Assembly (NCBI RefSeq): GCF_036365525.1 | Contig: NC_090400.1 | Span: 33,010,613 to 33,074,612 of the forward strand | Direction of reading: 5' to 3' | DNA length: 64,000 nt | Source: Heterodontus francisci | Lineage: Eukaryota | Part shown: piece by piece, positions 38,850-50,164 of the stretch | Layout: every line of letters starts with the position of its first letter | How positions within the stretch are numbered: position 1 is the first letter of the stretch | Notes under the pieces: generated by a model | What the model was told of the DNA's origin: nothing | The model's input: only the letters and a program-made list of their open reading frames with translations | Databases searched by the model: none | Made by a program: the position numbers and the translations under genes

Positions 38850-41800
38850 GCAGTGTACATTCTGTGCCCTTGCCACCTTCAGTGCTTCCTCCAAGTGCTG
38901 TTCAACATGGAGGAGTACTGATTCATCAGCTGAGGTGGTAACCAGCAGGAGGTTTCCTTGCCCATGTTTGACCTGATGCCATGAGACTTCATGGGGTCTG
39001 GAGTCGATGTTGAGGAGTCCAGGGAAAGTCCTCCCCACAGTATACCACTGTGCCGCCGTCTCTGATGAGTCCGTCCTGCTGGTGGACAGGACATACTCGG
39101 AGATGGTGATGGCGGTGCCTGGGACATTGTCTGTAAGGTATGATTTGGTGAGTATGACTATGTCAGGCTGTTGCTTGACTAGTCTGTGGGACAGCTCTCC
39201 CAACTTTGGCACAAGCCCCCAGATGTTAGTAAGGACTTTGAAGGGTCGACAGAGCTGGGTTTGCCATTGTCGTTTCTGATGCCTAGGTCGATGTCAGCTG
39301 GTCCATCCGGATTCATTCCTTATTGACTTTGTAGCGGTTAGATGCAACTGAGTGGCTTGCTAGGCCATTTCAGAGGGCATTTAAGAGTTAACTACATTGC
39401 TGTGGGTCTGGAGTCACATGTAGGCCAGACCAGGTAAGGACAGCAGATTTCTTTCCCTAAAGGGCATTAGGGAACATCAGTTGTCCACTACAGCTGCTCT
39501 CTGTGTAATATTCCAGATATTACTGGCAAAAACAAAGCCTATAATAATGATTCCAACTCCAGCAGTAAATCATATTAACCCCAGCATGTTCATCAATTTT
39601 CAAGAGAGCAAGGAAAAATAGAGGTGGAGTGTGCAGAAATTAATTTAAGAAATTAGGAAATCTTATATTCTAGCTCTTGTAAACTGGATTATAATCTGAT
39701 TTTATTTTCTGGACATTTTGATAAATTGAAGGTATACATGTCTTACCTCCATGGGGTACTGTTTCCCATCTATTGTATGCTCTGACCCAGGTTCAGACAC
39801 TGTTCCCCAATGATAATGGAGCTGAATTGCCTTGTATGTATTTGGAAGATCTCCACCTTTAATGGTGATTTGTCCATTTACTGTCACCTGGACTATAAAC
39901 AAGGAACAAATTATGTTGACCTTCTACAGAACATTGGTTAGACGACACTTGGAACACTGTGCACATTTCTGGTCCCCATATTATAAAAAGTATATCGAGT
40001 TATTGAAATAGGTGCAAAAAAGATGTACAAAGGTGATACCAGAACTGAGAGGCTATACCTATCAGGAAAGATTGAACAGACTGGGGCTCTTTTCTCGAGA
40101 AAAAAGAAGGCTAAGAGGTGACCGAATAGAGGTCTTTAAAATTATGTTCGGGTTTAATAGGGTAGACATAGAGAAAAGGTTTTCACTTTCGGAGGAGTTC
40201 AAAAACTAGGAGTCTTAAATATAAAATAGTTGCTATTAAATCAATAAAGGATTCAGGAGAAACCTCTTTACCCACAGAGTGGTAAGCATGTGGAACTTAC
40301 TACCATGTGGAGTAGTTTAGTTGAATAGCACAGATATATTCAAGGGGAGCTGGATAAACACATAAAGGAGAAAGGAATAGAAGGTTAAGATGATAGGGTT
40401 AGATGGAGAAGGTTGGGAGGAGGCTCACGTGGAGCATAAACACCAGCACAGACCTGTTGTGCCAAATAACCTGTTTCTGTGCTGTATGTTCTATGGAAAA
40501 AAAAATCAAATTTTCACACCAATGTTAACAGGGCAGGAATTGGACTGCCAAGTTTTTCAGCCTTTGCTTCTTCTGACCTTTTGTTCCTAATGTAAATTCT
40601 TCAAGACTCTGTGCCTCTGGCAAAGGCTTGGATGCAGACAGAGTTTGCAATCCCATATAGCTGCAAGCAAGGCCCCAGTGGGAGCATGGGGTCTTGCAAC
40701 ATTTATGTCTATAATTTTACTTGACAGAATTAACCTGAAGGGAGAACAGATTTTGCCAAAGTGCAGCAAAGCTCCGCTCCAACATCACTAAAGTGTATTC
40801 TACTGCACAAACTTTGACATTTTTGAGAGTTGGTCTCATACCAGTACCTGGAGACTGCGGTTATCTTGCCCAATGACAACAGTCAGTTCATGCACGGTTA
40901 CGTGTACACACAAAGCTCGCCCCACCAGCTTCTGAACGCTGGTTACATTCTAATGTTAAGGAGAGATACATTAAACATTTTTTTAGTTATCTTTAAAATT
41001 TTCCCTGCTAGATGAATGGGCTAACCACCAGTAATCTTGGCTATATCCTACAGATGGTATGACAGTTAACCAGTGCACAGCTGTCACTTGCTCGTGGTTT
41101 TGCTCTTCTTACTTTTACATATGGTTTGCACTCTGATCACTGACATAACTTGCCACTTATTTTACCAATTTTGTGCCAATGTATGAGGAGAGATTGCGTA
41201 GGATGTACCTATATTGTCTGGAGTTTAGAAGAAAAGGTGACTAAAACATATAAGATTCTGAGAGGGCTTGACAAGAGTAGATGATGAGAGGCTGTTTCTC
41301 CTGACTAGAGAGTCTAGAACAAGGGAGCATAGTCTCAGGATAAGGGATCAGCCTTTTAGGACTGGGATGAGAACAGATTTTTTTCACTCAGAGGGTTGTG
41401 AATCTTTGGAATTCTCTATCCCAGAGGGCTATAGATGCTCACTCATTCAGTGTATTCAAGGCTGGGATCAATAGATTTTTGGACTTGAAGGCAATCAAAT
41501 GATATGGGAATTAGAGGGGAAAGTGGAGTTGAGGTTAAAGATCAGCCATGTGTTCTGATTGAATGGCAAAGCAGGCTCAAGGGGCCATATAGCCTACTGC
41601 TGTTCATATCTCTTATGTTCTTGTGTAATGTGTTCTGAAACCACTTTGTGTTGATGCAACAGCAGTAGTATCAGTGGCCCATTAGATCAGATGGAAGAAT
41701 CGTAAATGAATCATAGAATTAAGAATGTTACAGCACAAAATGAAGCCATTTAACCCATTGTGCCTGTGCCATGTGCTTGAAAGTGCCATCCAATTTGTAC

Positions 41801-44800
41801 CACTCCGCTGATTTTTCTGCAACTCCACAAATTTTTATGCTCCTTTTAAAGTATTTATCCAATTCCCTATTGAAAGTTATTATTAATAATGTCAAACTTT
41901 GCAGATGACACCAAACCCGGAAATGTAGCAAACAGTGAAGAGGACAGTAACAGACTTCAGAAGGAGATCGACTGGTGAAATGGGCAGATGAAATTTAACT
42001 CAGAGAAATGTGGAACAATTCATTTTGGTAAGAAGAATGAGGAGAGGCAATATAAGCTAAATGGTACAATTTTAAAGTGGGTGCAGGAATAGAGAGACCT
42101 GGGGGTTAAATACACAAGTCTTTGATGGGCTCAGGACAGGTTGAGAAAGCTGTTAAAAAAGGAATATGGGAGCTTTGGCTTTATAAATAGCAGCATAGAG
42201 TGCAAAAAAAGGAAGTTATGCTAAACCTTTATAAAGCACTGGTTAGGCCCCAGCTGGTGTTATTATTATTGAACCTGCTTGCACCTCCCTTTCAGGCAGT
42301 GCATTCTAGTGTCGTTCTGTAAAGCAATCTTTGCTCATGTCGCCACTGGTTCTTTTGCCAGTTACCATACATCTGGGTCCTCTGGTTACAGATGCTTTTG
42401 CCACTGAAAGAGTTTCTTCTGATTTAATCCATCGAAACCCTTCAAAATTTTGATTACCTCTAACAACTCTCCTCTTAACCGTCTCTGTTCTGGAGTTTCT
42501 CTAGTCTTCCCACATGACTGAAGACCTTTATCTCTGGTAATGATTCTAGCAAATCTCCTCTGAACCCCTCTTAATGCCTTAATTGACATCCTTCCTAAAA
42601 TCTGATGCCCAGAATAGGGCACAATACACCACCTTTAACCTCAGTGCTTCATAAAGGTTTAGCATAACCTCCTTCTTTTGCACTCTATGCCGCTATTTAC
42701 AAAGCCTAGGCTCCCATATGTCTATTTTAACAGCTTTCTCAACCTGTCCTGAGACCGTCAAAGACTTGTGTATTTAACCCCCAGGTCTCTCTATTCCTGC
42801 ACCCACTTTAAAATTGTACCATTTTGTTTATATTGCCTCTCCTCATTCGTCTTACCAAAATAAATTGTTCCACATTTCTCTGAGTTAAAATTCATCTGCC
42901 CATTTCACCAGTCGATCTCCTTCTGAAGTCTATTACATCCTCTTCACTGTTTGCTACATTTCCGGGTTTGGTGTCATCTGCAACGTACAACATTATACCC
43001 TCTATACCCAATTCCAATCATTAATATAGATCAAAAAGAGCAGTGGTCCCAACACCCACCCGTAAGGACACCAGTGCACACTTCCCTCCAATCTGAAAAA
43101 TAACTGTTCATCACTACTGTCCACTGTCCAGTCTCTTCCCACCTACATCCATGACACTTCTGGCACCCTACGTCATTTCGACAGTTTCCTTGCCCTAACT
43201 ATCTCCTCTTCACAATGGGTGTCCACCACCACCCTCCTCCACCTGGCTGAACTTATTCTCACACTGAACAACCTCTCCTTCAACTCCATTCACTTCCTCC
43301 AAATAAAAGGTGTTGCTATGGGTACCCGCATGGGTCCTAGCTATACCTGTCTTTTTGTGGGATATGTCGAATATTCCTTGTTCCAGTTCTACTCAGGCCC
43401 CCTACCCCAACTCTTTTTCCGGTACATTGATGATTGTATTGGTGTCACTTCCTGCCCTTGTGCCGAACTGGAAAACTTCATCAATTTTGCTTCCAATTTC
43501 CACTCTTCTCTCACCTTCACATGATCCATCTCCGACACTTCCCTTCCCTTCCTCGACTTCTCTGTCTCCATCTCTGGGGATAGGCTGTCCACTAGTATTT
43601 TTTATAAGCCCACTGACTCCCTGGGCTACCTTGACTACACTTCCTCACACCCAGCCTCCTAAAAGGACTCCATTCCATTCTCCCAGTTTCTCCGTCTCCG
43701 ACGCATCTGTTCTGATGACGCTACCTTCCACGACAGCGCTTCTGACATGTCTTCCTTTTTCTTCAACCGAGGATTCCCCTGCACTGTAGTTGACAGGGCC
43801 CTCAACCGTATCCGACCCATTTCCCATACTTCTGCCCTCATCCCTTCCTCTCCTTTCCAGAACTGTGACAGGGTTCCCCTTGTCCTCACTTTCCACCCCA
43901 CCAGCCTCCACATCCAAAGGATCGTCCTCCGCCATTTCCGTCACATTCAGCATGATGCCACCATCAAACACATCTTCCCCTTCCCTCCCCTGTCAGCATT
44001 CCAAAGGGACCGTTCCCTCCGTGACACCCTGGTCCACTCCTCCATCACCCCGACACCTCTTCCCTTTACCACTGCATTTTCCCATGCAACCGCAGGAGGT
44101 GTAATACCTGCCCTTTTACCTCCTCTCTCCTCATCATCCAAGGCCCCAAACACTCCTTCCAGGTAAAGCAATGATTTACTTGTACTTCTTTCAATTTAGT
44201 ATACTGTATTCACTGCTCACAGTGTGGTCTCCTCTACATTAGGCGACCGCTTTGCAGAACACCTCCGCTGGGTCCGTAAGCATGATCCCGAACCTCCAGT
44301 TGCTTGCCGTTTTAATACTCCATTTTGTTCCCATGCCAACATTTCTGTCCCCAGCCTCTTGCAGTGTTCCAGTGAACATCAATGCAAGCTCGAGGAACAG
44401 CACCTCATTTTCAGATTAGGCACTCTACAGCCTTCTGGACTCAATATTGAGCTCAATAATTTCAGACCATGATCCCCATTATTTATTGTTTATTTATTAT
44501 TTTAATTTTTTTACATATATATATATTCCTCTTTTTTAATTATTTCTTTATTTATTTTTAAACATGTGCTAGTCTTAAACTTATTTTCATGTTTTTGCTT
44601 TCGTACTGATCTGTTCATTTTTCTGCCATTAGTACTCTGTTTGGACTCGTGATTTCTCTTTCCCTACAACTATTTAGCACTCCATTTGCATTCTGTTCCA
44701 AGACATCTGTCATTTAATCTCTCCCCTCTCTGTCCAATCACAGTCCTTCCTTCTAGTTCTCCTTCCCCTCCTCCCCCTTTCACTTGCTCAAAGACTGTTA

Positions 44801-47800
44801 CATTTCTAACTTTTGCCAGTTCTGATGAAGGGTCGCAGACCTGAAATGTTAACTCTGTTGCTCTCTCCACAGATGCTGCCAGACCTGCTCAGTATTTCCA
44901 GCACTTTCTGTTCTCATTTCAGAGTTCCAGCATCCACAGTATTTTGCTCTTATTTGTTGACCACCACCGTCTGCTTTCAGTCCCTTCAACTATTTTGTAT
45001 CCAAGCAGACACTGCCTCTTTACTCCCATGGGCTGCAATTTTGCTAACCAGTCTATTATGTTGAATATTATTTATCAAGTGGAATGAATTTTCAGAACTT
45101 ACTTGAGTGACCGTCGTTTTGTATAGCCCATTGATTATCTGTAACAACACGATCGTAACCCTCAAAGATAATGGCATCCAATCTGCTTTCATATTTAGCT
45201 TTCTCGGTTACAATGTTGATGGGTGACTGCTTCTGCATTCCACATATTTGATAGTGATTCTTCCAGGTGCTGGGTTCTAGAAAGGATGATACAAGTCAGT
45301 TAGCAGTGCACAAAGTGTATTTCTATGTAACAGTGTTAAATGTTAGCATGGCTCAGAGAAAGCACTATCCCCCCACATAAAGAGTTTGTAGGTTTCAAGA
45401 CCTACAACAAGATTTGCCCACCTAAGCTCGGCTGATACCTCAGCAGATTACAAAGGGACTGCTGCACAGTCAGAGGTGTTGTCTTTTGCTGAGATATTAA
45501 ACCAGGATTGTACAACATACGGCCTGCGGGCCAGGATCCGGCCTGCCAAAGGTTTCCATCCAGCCTGTGGATGCAAGCTGTACTTGGGGCTGTTCCTCAT
45601 CCTCCCAGGGCTTCATGACTGGAGATGGGAAATTTCCCATTGTCATCTTCTTGCAGAGAGGCCTTTTTAAAAACATCGCCCTGTCAGTTTCACAGCTGAC
45701 AGCTGCTGAAGCAGGAAGGCACTTCCCAACTTTGACAGATTCAGGGTTTTCCGACTTTTTTTTAAAAGCCCACCGGAAAACCCCAAATCTATCCGATGTT
45801 GGGAGGTGCATTCCTGCTTCGGCGGTTGTCAGCTGTGAAACTCAGCGCAACGTTTTTAAACAAACCGATCGAGCACAAAGCTGCTGTGCTGAGTGCTCCC
45901 ACTCAGAGTAACTCACAGAGAGAGGGGGAGAGAGGGGAGAGAAAGAGGGGAGAGGGGTGGTGAAAACAGAGAGGGGGGAAACAGAGAAGGGGGAATAGAG
46001 AGAGAGGGGTGAACAGAAAGAGTGGGGGACAGAGAGAGGGGGGACAGAGAGAGAGAATGAGGGGGGGAAACAGAGAGAGTGGGGTGAAAACAGAGAGGGG
46101 AAACAGAGAGAGGGGAACAGAAAGAGAGAGGGGGAAACAAAGAGAGAGCAGAACAGAGAGAGAGGGGGAACAAGGAGGGAGAGAGGGAAACAGAGAGAGA
46201 GGGCAAAACAGAGGAAAAAGGGGGCAACAGCGAGAGAGGGAGGGAAAACAGAGAGGGGGAACAGAGAGAGTGAAGGGGGACAGAGTAAGGGGGGACAGAG
46301 GGGGAGGACAGAGTGAGGGGGGGGACAAAGTGAGGAGGGACAGAGGGGGGAGGGACAGAGGGGGGAGAGTGAGAGGGGGGTATGGGGGGAGAACACAGAG
46401 AGTGAGGACGACAGTGAGGGGGGGGGAACAACACAGAAAGGGGGCAACACAGAGAGAGAGAGACAGAAACAGAGGGAGAGCTCAAGATCACTCCTGACAG
46501 ATGGATATCTATCCAGAATACTCTGCAACACTACATCAAGTGTGCAGCAGAGATTGACTACTTATGCAAGCAAAAACAATGCCAGGTATGTCACCAAATC
46601 AGTTTTCAATATAGTGACAAGAAAGTAAGTCAATAAATTAGTCTTCTTATTTAAAGCTTCTTCACAAAAATGCACATTTGTTGTTGTTTTTATTAGTAAG
46701 ATCAATTTTTAATGCCTTTATCTTTTGAAAATTGCTCGCCAGCCCCCTGGGATGAGCAAAAATCGTAGTACAACCCTATATTAAACCAAAGGTCCATCTG
46801 TCTGCTCAAGTGAATGTAAAAGATCCTATAGCAATATTTGAAAAAGGGCATGGAGTCTGGGTTAACATTTATCCCTCAACCGTTTATCTCATTGCTGTTT
46901 GGAAGACTTTGATGTGCACAAATTGGCAGCTGCATTCCCCTACAAAACAACAGTGGTTGCACTTCAAAAAAGTCATTTTGTCGCTGTGAAGTGATTTGGG
47001 ACACTTCATAGCTACTTACTCAAAACCCCAAAAAACACACTAAATTTAATAAAACAAAGTCAATTATAGGGTTTGAGAGTCAACAGTTTACAACATTGTA
47101 GAAAGAGTTAGGTAAATATCTGAAGAAAAATATTAAAGGATTTGAGAAAAGAACAGAAAAATGTAACTCATGTAAATGGCTGGAGTTAGCAAAGGAACTG
47201 GTAATTGTACAGATATGATGGGGCAAAATGTTCTCCTTCTCATTTACATTTCAATTGTTCAAATTGTTCAAATTGTTCAAATTGACTGGCCATCCCATTA
47301 GTTATAGCATTGGAGGATTTAATTCCCAATTAAGAGAAATACTTTAACTTTACCTAAATAGGTGAAAATATAGAAAATTATATTATAATGGCAGACAGTT
47401 GTATATCAGGAACTTTAACATGACAGTTTGCTGGAGGTGGAGTTCTATTTTTTGTTTTTCACTGCCAGCAGATCACAAGATCTTGAACTTTATCTGGAAC
47501 GATATTAAACTGGAAATAATTGTGATGTGCAATCCTTTAAAATATTGGCATCAAATTCCTCTATCAACTAGCTTAATGAAGGTGTTAACATGTTGACCTT
47601 AAATGGGTTAATGCTTCCATTTAACTGGCAGAATGAGGAATTTGATACAAACATATAAACTGCATATGCACTAGCGTTGCTCACAATAATTTCCAGGCTA
47701 TTCTTGCACACATCAAAACAGGAAAAATATTGAAAGGAAAAAGAGAGCAACAGCTGCAAGTTAAGCCAAACTGAGGGGGCTGTTAGAGTCTGAACTGAAT

Positions 47801-48738
47801 GCTGTTATTGTATATGATGCACGTTTTACATCAGAATGATAGCGGCTCATGGTGTTTGCCCAGTGACCCAATTTTTATCAGTACTACTCGAAAAAAAACT
47901 TTAAAATTAAAAAGGTATCTTTATATTTTCTTCTCAGTCTCTTTTTGGCATCCATGTGCACCATTCATGGTTAAGTGAATCACCTACTCCTCCATCTCTC
48001 AGTTCCAGTTGGTTCTTTGATTATGTTCCTGTGAAGCATCTCAGGATGTTTTCCTATATTAAAGGCTCTAGATTGTTGCCGTAAAAACAATAAGACAAAC
48101 AATTCACAGCCTGGAGCTGAAACAGAGTGCTGAGGTAACTTGATTGTAGTATTGTTAATAGAGTCTTGTGACAGAGCAAAACAAAATGGGCTGGTGAAGG
48201 CAAAATACACATGAGCCGGAGCTAAATCGAGTAATTTGGGAAGAGAATAAGTGAGTATTAAAATCTTGTGAGCTAGTCAAATAAAACTTTTTTTAAAGAC
48301 AGTCATCTATATGCATATAATCCATCACATAAGCCTCTTGATATTCTATGAATGGAATAAGGGTATATTTATTTTTCTTATTCATGAAATTTTAATAAGC
48401 TTAGATGATACTGAAAATAATTAGATCACTAAATAAACAATAGCAGCATGATGAGTGACTATTGTAATTTCAACCAGCATCATATACGGTTCCATTCAAA
48501 CCCTGTCTCTCTTGGACTTTTCTTGAAGTTGTTGTCCACAGTTTCCTTACAATACTTTTCCTTTTTTAAGTTGAATAACAATAATCTGGAAATTCCTGGC
48601 TGATGTGTTAGTGCATGAACGTTTAATATGTTTGTGATGGAAAATACATTGTACTACCACTGCACGCAGACCACCACCAAATACAGTGACTCAACTCCTT
48701 ACCACAGGTTTCGCTCTCGGCCTTGTAGCACCAGTTCA
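26715..48738 (-). CDS. ca4: Carbonic anhydrase 4-like (GPI-anchored alpha-CA); 7 coding exons joined, 5' signal-peptide exon not located
   Basis: Exons of 36+174+146+93+67+164+180 nt, all GT-AG with matching phases, give about 286 aa. Motifs: WCY, QSPINI, NDGHS (His64), QLHYHWG (His94/96), GSEH, LHVVH (His119), [16 protein letters not shown], hydrophobic C-terminal GPI signal. Four Cys match the CA IV two-disulfide pattern. CA4 versus a CA15-like paralogue not tested by phylogeny. Confidence 0.9.
27078..27366 (+). mobile_element. CR1 3' end
   Basis: RKNFFTQRVVGVWNSL; same subfamily as 25320-25605. Confidence 0.85.
28330..28932 (+). mobile_element. L2 LINE 3' fragment
   Basis: KLELIQSSVARILT...HVTPVLINLHWLLV motif; (gtt)n tail. 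Confidence 0.8.
29590..30790 (-). mobile_element. Deu-domain SINE (SacSINE1-like) split by the first PLE palindrome
   Basis: catctgaaagatggcacctc...cagtgcagcactccc is the Deu-domain core in reverse; SINE sequence is continuous across the TSD. Confidence 0.7.
29765..30528. mobile_element. Fold-back Neptune-like PLE 3'-end insertion (palindrome 1)
   Basis: Inverted arms 29765-30130 and 30141-30493, 10-nt spacer, 35-bp unpaired tail, 14-bp TSD atctgattttagat (29751-29764, 30529-30542). Confidence 0.93.
30945..31108 (-). CDS. ca4: CA4-like exon 7 ([22 protein letters not shown])
   Basis: Within ORF 30927..31133; acttag acceptor, gtaagg donor; Thr199 loop; 164 nt. Confidence 0.96.
31178..32859. 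mobile_element. Fold-back Neptune-like PLE insertion with mirrored GIY-YIG ORFs (palindrome 2)
   Basis: Arms 31176-31997 and 31998-32818, no spacer (cctggga|tcccagg); identical 122-aa ORFs on both strands (NVVYCIRC..C..LYIGETKRRL..RFAEH...GLN); 41-bp tail; 14-bp TSD taataataaaatac (31164-31177, 32860-32873). Confidence 0.95.
32725..32761 (+). ncRNA. Minimal type I hammerhead ribozyme motif (variant core CCGAAGA)
   Basis: AGUU-CCGAAGA-A-GGGUC(ACU)GACCC-GAAAC-GUU-AACU; identical motif at 30395-30431 (+) and 31233-31269 (-); mutated copy at 29827-29863 (-). Confidence 0.7.
34356..34512. mobile_element. Old miniature fold-back PLE 3' end
   Basis: Minus arm 34356-34449 carries ctgatgaaaggtcactgacctgaaac; a plus arm follows at about 34455-34512. 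Confidence 0.7.
34785..34851 (-). CDS. ca4: CA4-like exon 6 (ESPEDNSNMKKLIDVLKTVQQT)
   Basis: ctttatag acceptor, gtaagt donor; 67 nt, phase 0/1 bridges exons 5 and 7 in frame. Confidence 0.88.
35682..35774 (-). CDS. ca4: CA4-like exon 5 (LHVVHQNQKYNSLEDALTHPDGLAVLGFFFV)
   Basis: ttctgcag acceptor, gtgagt donor; third Zn ligand and DGLAVLG motif; 93 nt. Confidence 0.95.
36262..39476 (-). mobile_element. CR1/L2-group LINE of a different family, APE plus RT, degenerate
   Basis: ORF 38166..39212 (PDIVILT, GDFNVHH, SDH) and ORF 36547..37650 ([25 protein letters not shown] mutated to FADV). Confidence 0.9.
37840..37970 (+). mobile_element. 131-bp PLE terminal fragment inserted in a LINE
   Basis: 12-bp TSD aaattagctgaa (37828-37839, 37971-37982); begins at the hammerhead core and ends in the gtattttgctttt tail. 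Confidence 0.88.
39747..39892 (-). CDS. ca4: CA4-like exon 4 (Zn ligands, QLHYHWG...GSEHTIDGKQYPME)
   Basis: Within ORF 39702..39902; tatag acceptor, gtaaga donor; 146 nt. Confidence 0.95.
39910..40495 (+). mobile_element. CR1 3' fragment
   Basis: YQERLNRLGLFSREKRRLRGD; tatgttctatg tail. Confidence 0.8.
41178..41625 (+). mobile_element. CR1 3' fragment
   Basis: ESRTREHSLRI motif; ttatgttctt tail. Confidence 0.75.
43122..44954 (+). mobile_element. 5'-truncated Neptune-clade Penelope-like element (RT, Cys linker, GIY-YIG, 3' end)
   Basis: QIKGVAMGTRMGPSY and FRYIDD RT motifs; PCNRRRCNTC linker; RFAEH...GLN endonuclease; decayed 17-bp TSD (43105-43121, 44955-44971, 4 mismatches). Confidence 0.92.
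44818..44854 (+). ncRNA. Minimal hammerhead ribozyme motif, canonical core
   Basis: AGUU-CUGAUGA-AGGGUC(GCA)GACCU-GAAA-UGUU-AACU at the PLE 3' end. Confidence 0.7.
45103..45276 (-). CDS. ca4: CA4-like exon 3 (EPSTWKNHYQICGMQKQSPINI...QNDGHS)
   Basis: tttctag acceptor, gtaagt donor; QSPINI and NDGHS motifs; not in the ORF track. Confidence 0.95.
45503..46778. mobile_element. Non-autonomous hAT transposon
   Basis: 8-bp TSD tattaaac (45495-45502, 46779-46786); imperfect TIR caggattgtacaac / gtagtacaacccta; subterminal cggcctgcgggcc. Confidence 0.85.
45916..46480 (+). repeat. Purine-rich low-complexity minisatellite (acagagagagggg-like units)
   Basis: About 560 bp that is mostly A/G, inside the hAT element. 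Confidence 0.9.
48703..48738 (-). CDS. ca4: CA4-like exon 2 (NWCYKAESETC)
   Basis: tttgtccag acceptor, gtaag donor, phase 1/1; WCY motif with two Cys; joins the next exon in frame. Confidence 0.85.
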
Positions 48739-50164
48739 CTGGACAAAAAGAAAACACAAAGTTAGTTTATTTCTTAAATTGCCTCCCATAGTTCTGAAAG
48801 ATTCCACGGTTATTAGTCTGATTTTTTTGCATTTCATTTAAAATTATCCTGACCCCAGATATGCACTGGAAATCTCAGAAAATTTACAACAGTCTTCAAA
48901 TAAAGTCTAATTTCAGAAATGCAGTGGGGCTTGATATTAACTTCACCTGCCTGGGCTCACTATATTGAACTTTAGTGGTTAACAGCATCTTCTACATACT
49001 GAATTGTTCTTGTTGGCTTATTCTGCCATACTTTAAGAATGATACTATCATGGTTATTGATCCATTTTGTTAAATCTGTATTTTATATCGTCTAATCCAC
49101 CAAAAGATCAATAAAACAAAGCTGTTTTATCCTCAATCCCTATAAGTATTGCCTCTGTATAAAATACAAACAAAACAGAGCTAAATGCTGCATTTGCAAT
49201 AAACTAGTATTGATGCAAGGCAGTTTCATTTTAGACTGATGGTAAGAGTGTAATATAAATCCAGAGTCCAGGCTAAGTTAACTCTTGGGTGATGCAGCAC
49301 AAGACTCCCTCCATAGTTTCACTTCAAAGCAATCAAGAATCAGTTCAAGCTTTGGATTTGCATTACACCTTTATCATTTTTATAAAGTGAAACCACTTCC
49401 CAGCAACATTACAGTTCCATTGCGAGTGCATCCAAAAAATAACTAAACACAAAAAATACATTAAATATGGTAAACTATGTACCGAGATATCATATTGCAG
49501 GCTTCCCACTTCATTATCATTGCAAATCTTTCTTCAAATATTGTGAGCTGCTATATAAAACAGACAAGCACGTAATGATTTAAAGTCCCCTGACCAAGCA
49601 GCAATTGACCTCTGAATGACCCTGTGGCCCTGGTTACATAGAAATTTAGATTCTGTTGCTTAAAAAGACATTGCTGCATATTTAGTGGAATAATACATCG
49701 TGCATTATGCTGTAACACTCCTGTTCTTATAAAAGGCAACACCATGTGACTTACCGGGAGCAACATCATTGGAGATCCATTAGTAATATATTAAAACCAG
49801 TGTGTCAACAGGTACTGGTGTCATTTCATTACAAGCAAAGAAAACAACCTCAAAATGCTACATGCTTTTGAGCTGCATGTTAAATTGACAAGCACATTCC
49901 AAACTGTGAGGTTCTCCATCCAAAGAACAATATGACTCAGCAGAACCTAAGGCTGTGTTTACATATGTCCAAATAGACTTTCTAGCCTTGAAAGAAAAGG
50001 TCATTTAAAGACAGAAGCTCCTTAGCTTTATGGTATGATACTTCTCTCTATATAGACATCTTATTTAAATGATGTAATTTCTAACAGAACAAAAAAGTTT
50101 TCAAAAATAGTCCTGGCCAGGACATGTGTTCCATTGCATCTGCGGTCAGCTGATGTTATGCGGT

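Larger units (their letters stand above)
41720..45062 (-). mobile_element. Old CR1 carrying an inverted self-copy (41885-42260) and a Neptune insertion
   Basis: CR1 pieces 41720-41885, 42260-43121 and 44955-45062 are collinear on the minus strand. Confidence 0.7.
45340..47005 (+). mobile_element. Deu-domain SINE split by a hAT element
   Basis: tRNA-like head (tggctcag...ggtttcaag); Deu core gctgcacagtcagaggtgttgtctttt; continues after 46786. Confidence 0.65.

Noticed and set aside
45842-46531. Long Pro/Ser/Leu-rich and Arg/Gly/Glu-rich ORFs
   Set aside because: By-products of the stop-free purine minisatellite
47252-47284. Short (caaattgtt)n tandem repeat
   Set aside because: Ordinary slippage repeat with no spacers; not CRISPR-like
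49755-49780. ATGATGTTGCTCCCG|gtaagt as CA4 exon 1
   Set aside because: Phase 0 (exon 2 needs phase 1) and too short for a signal peptide
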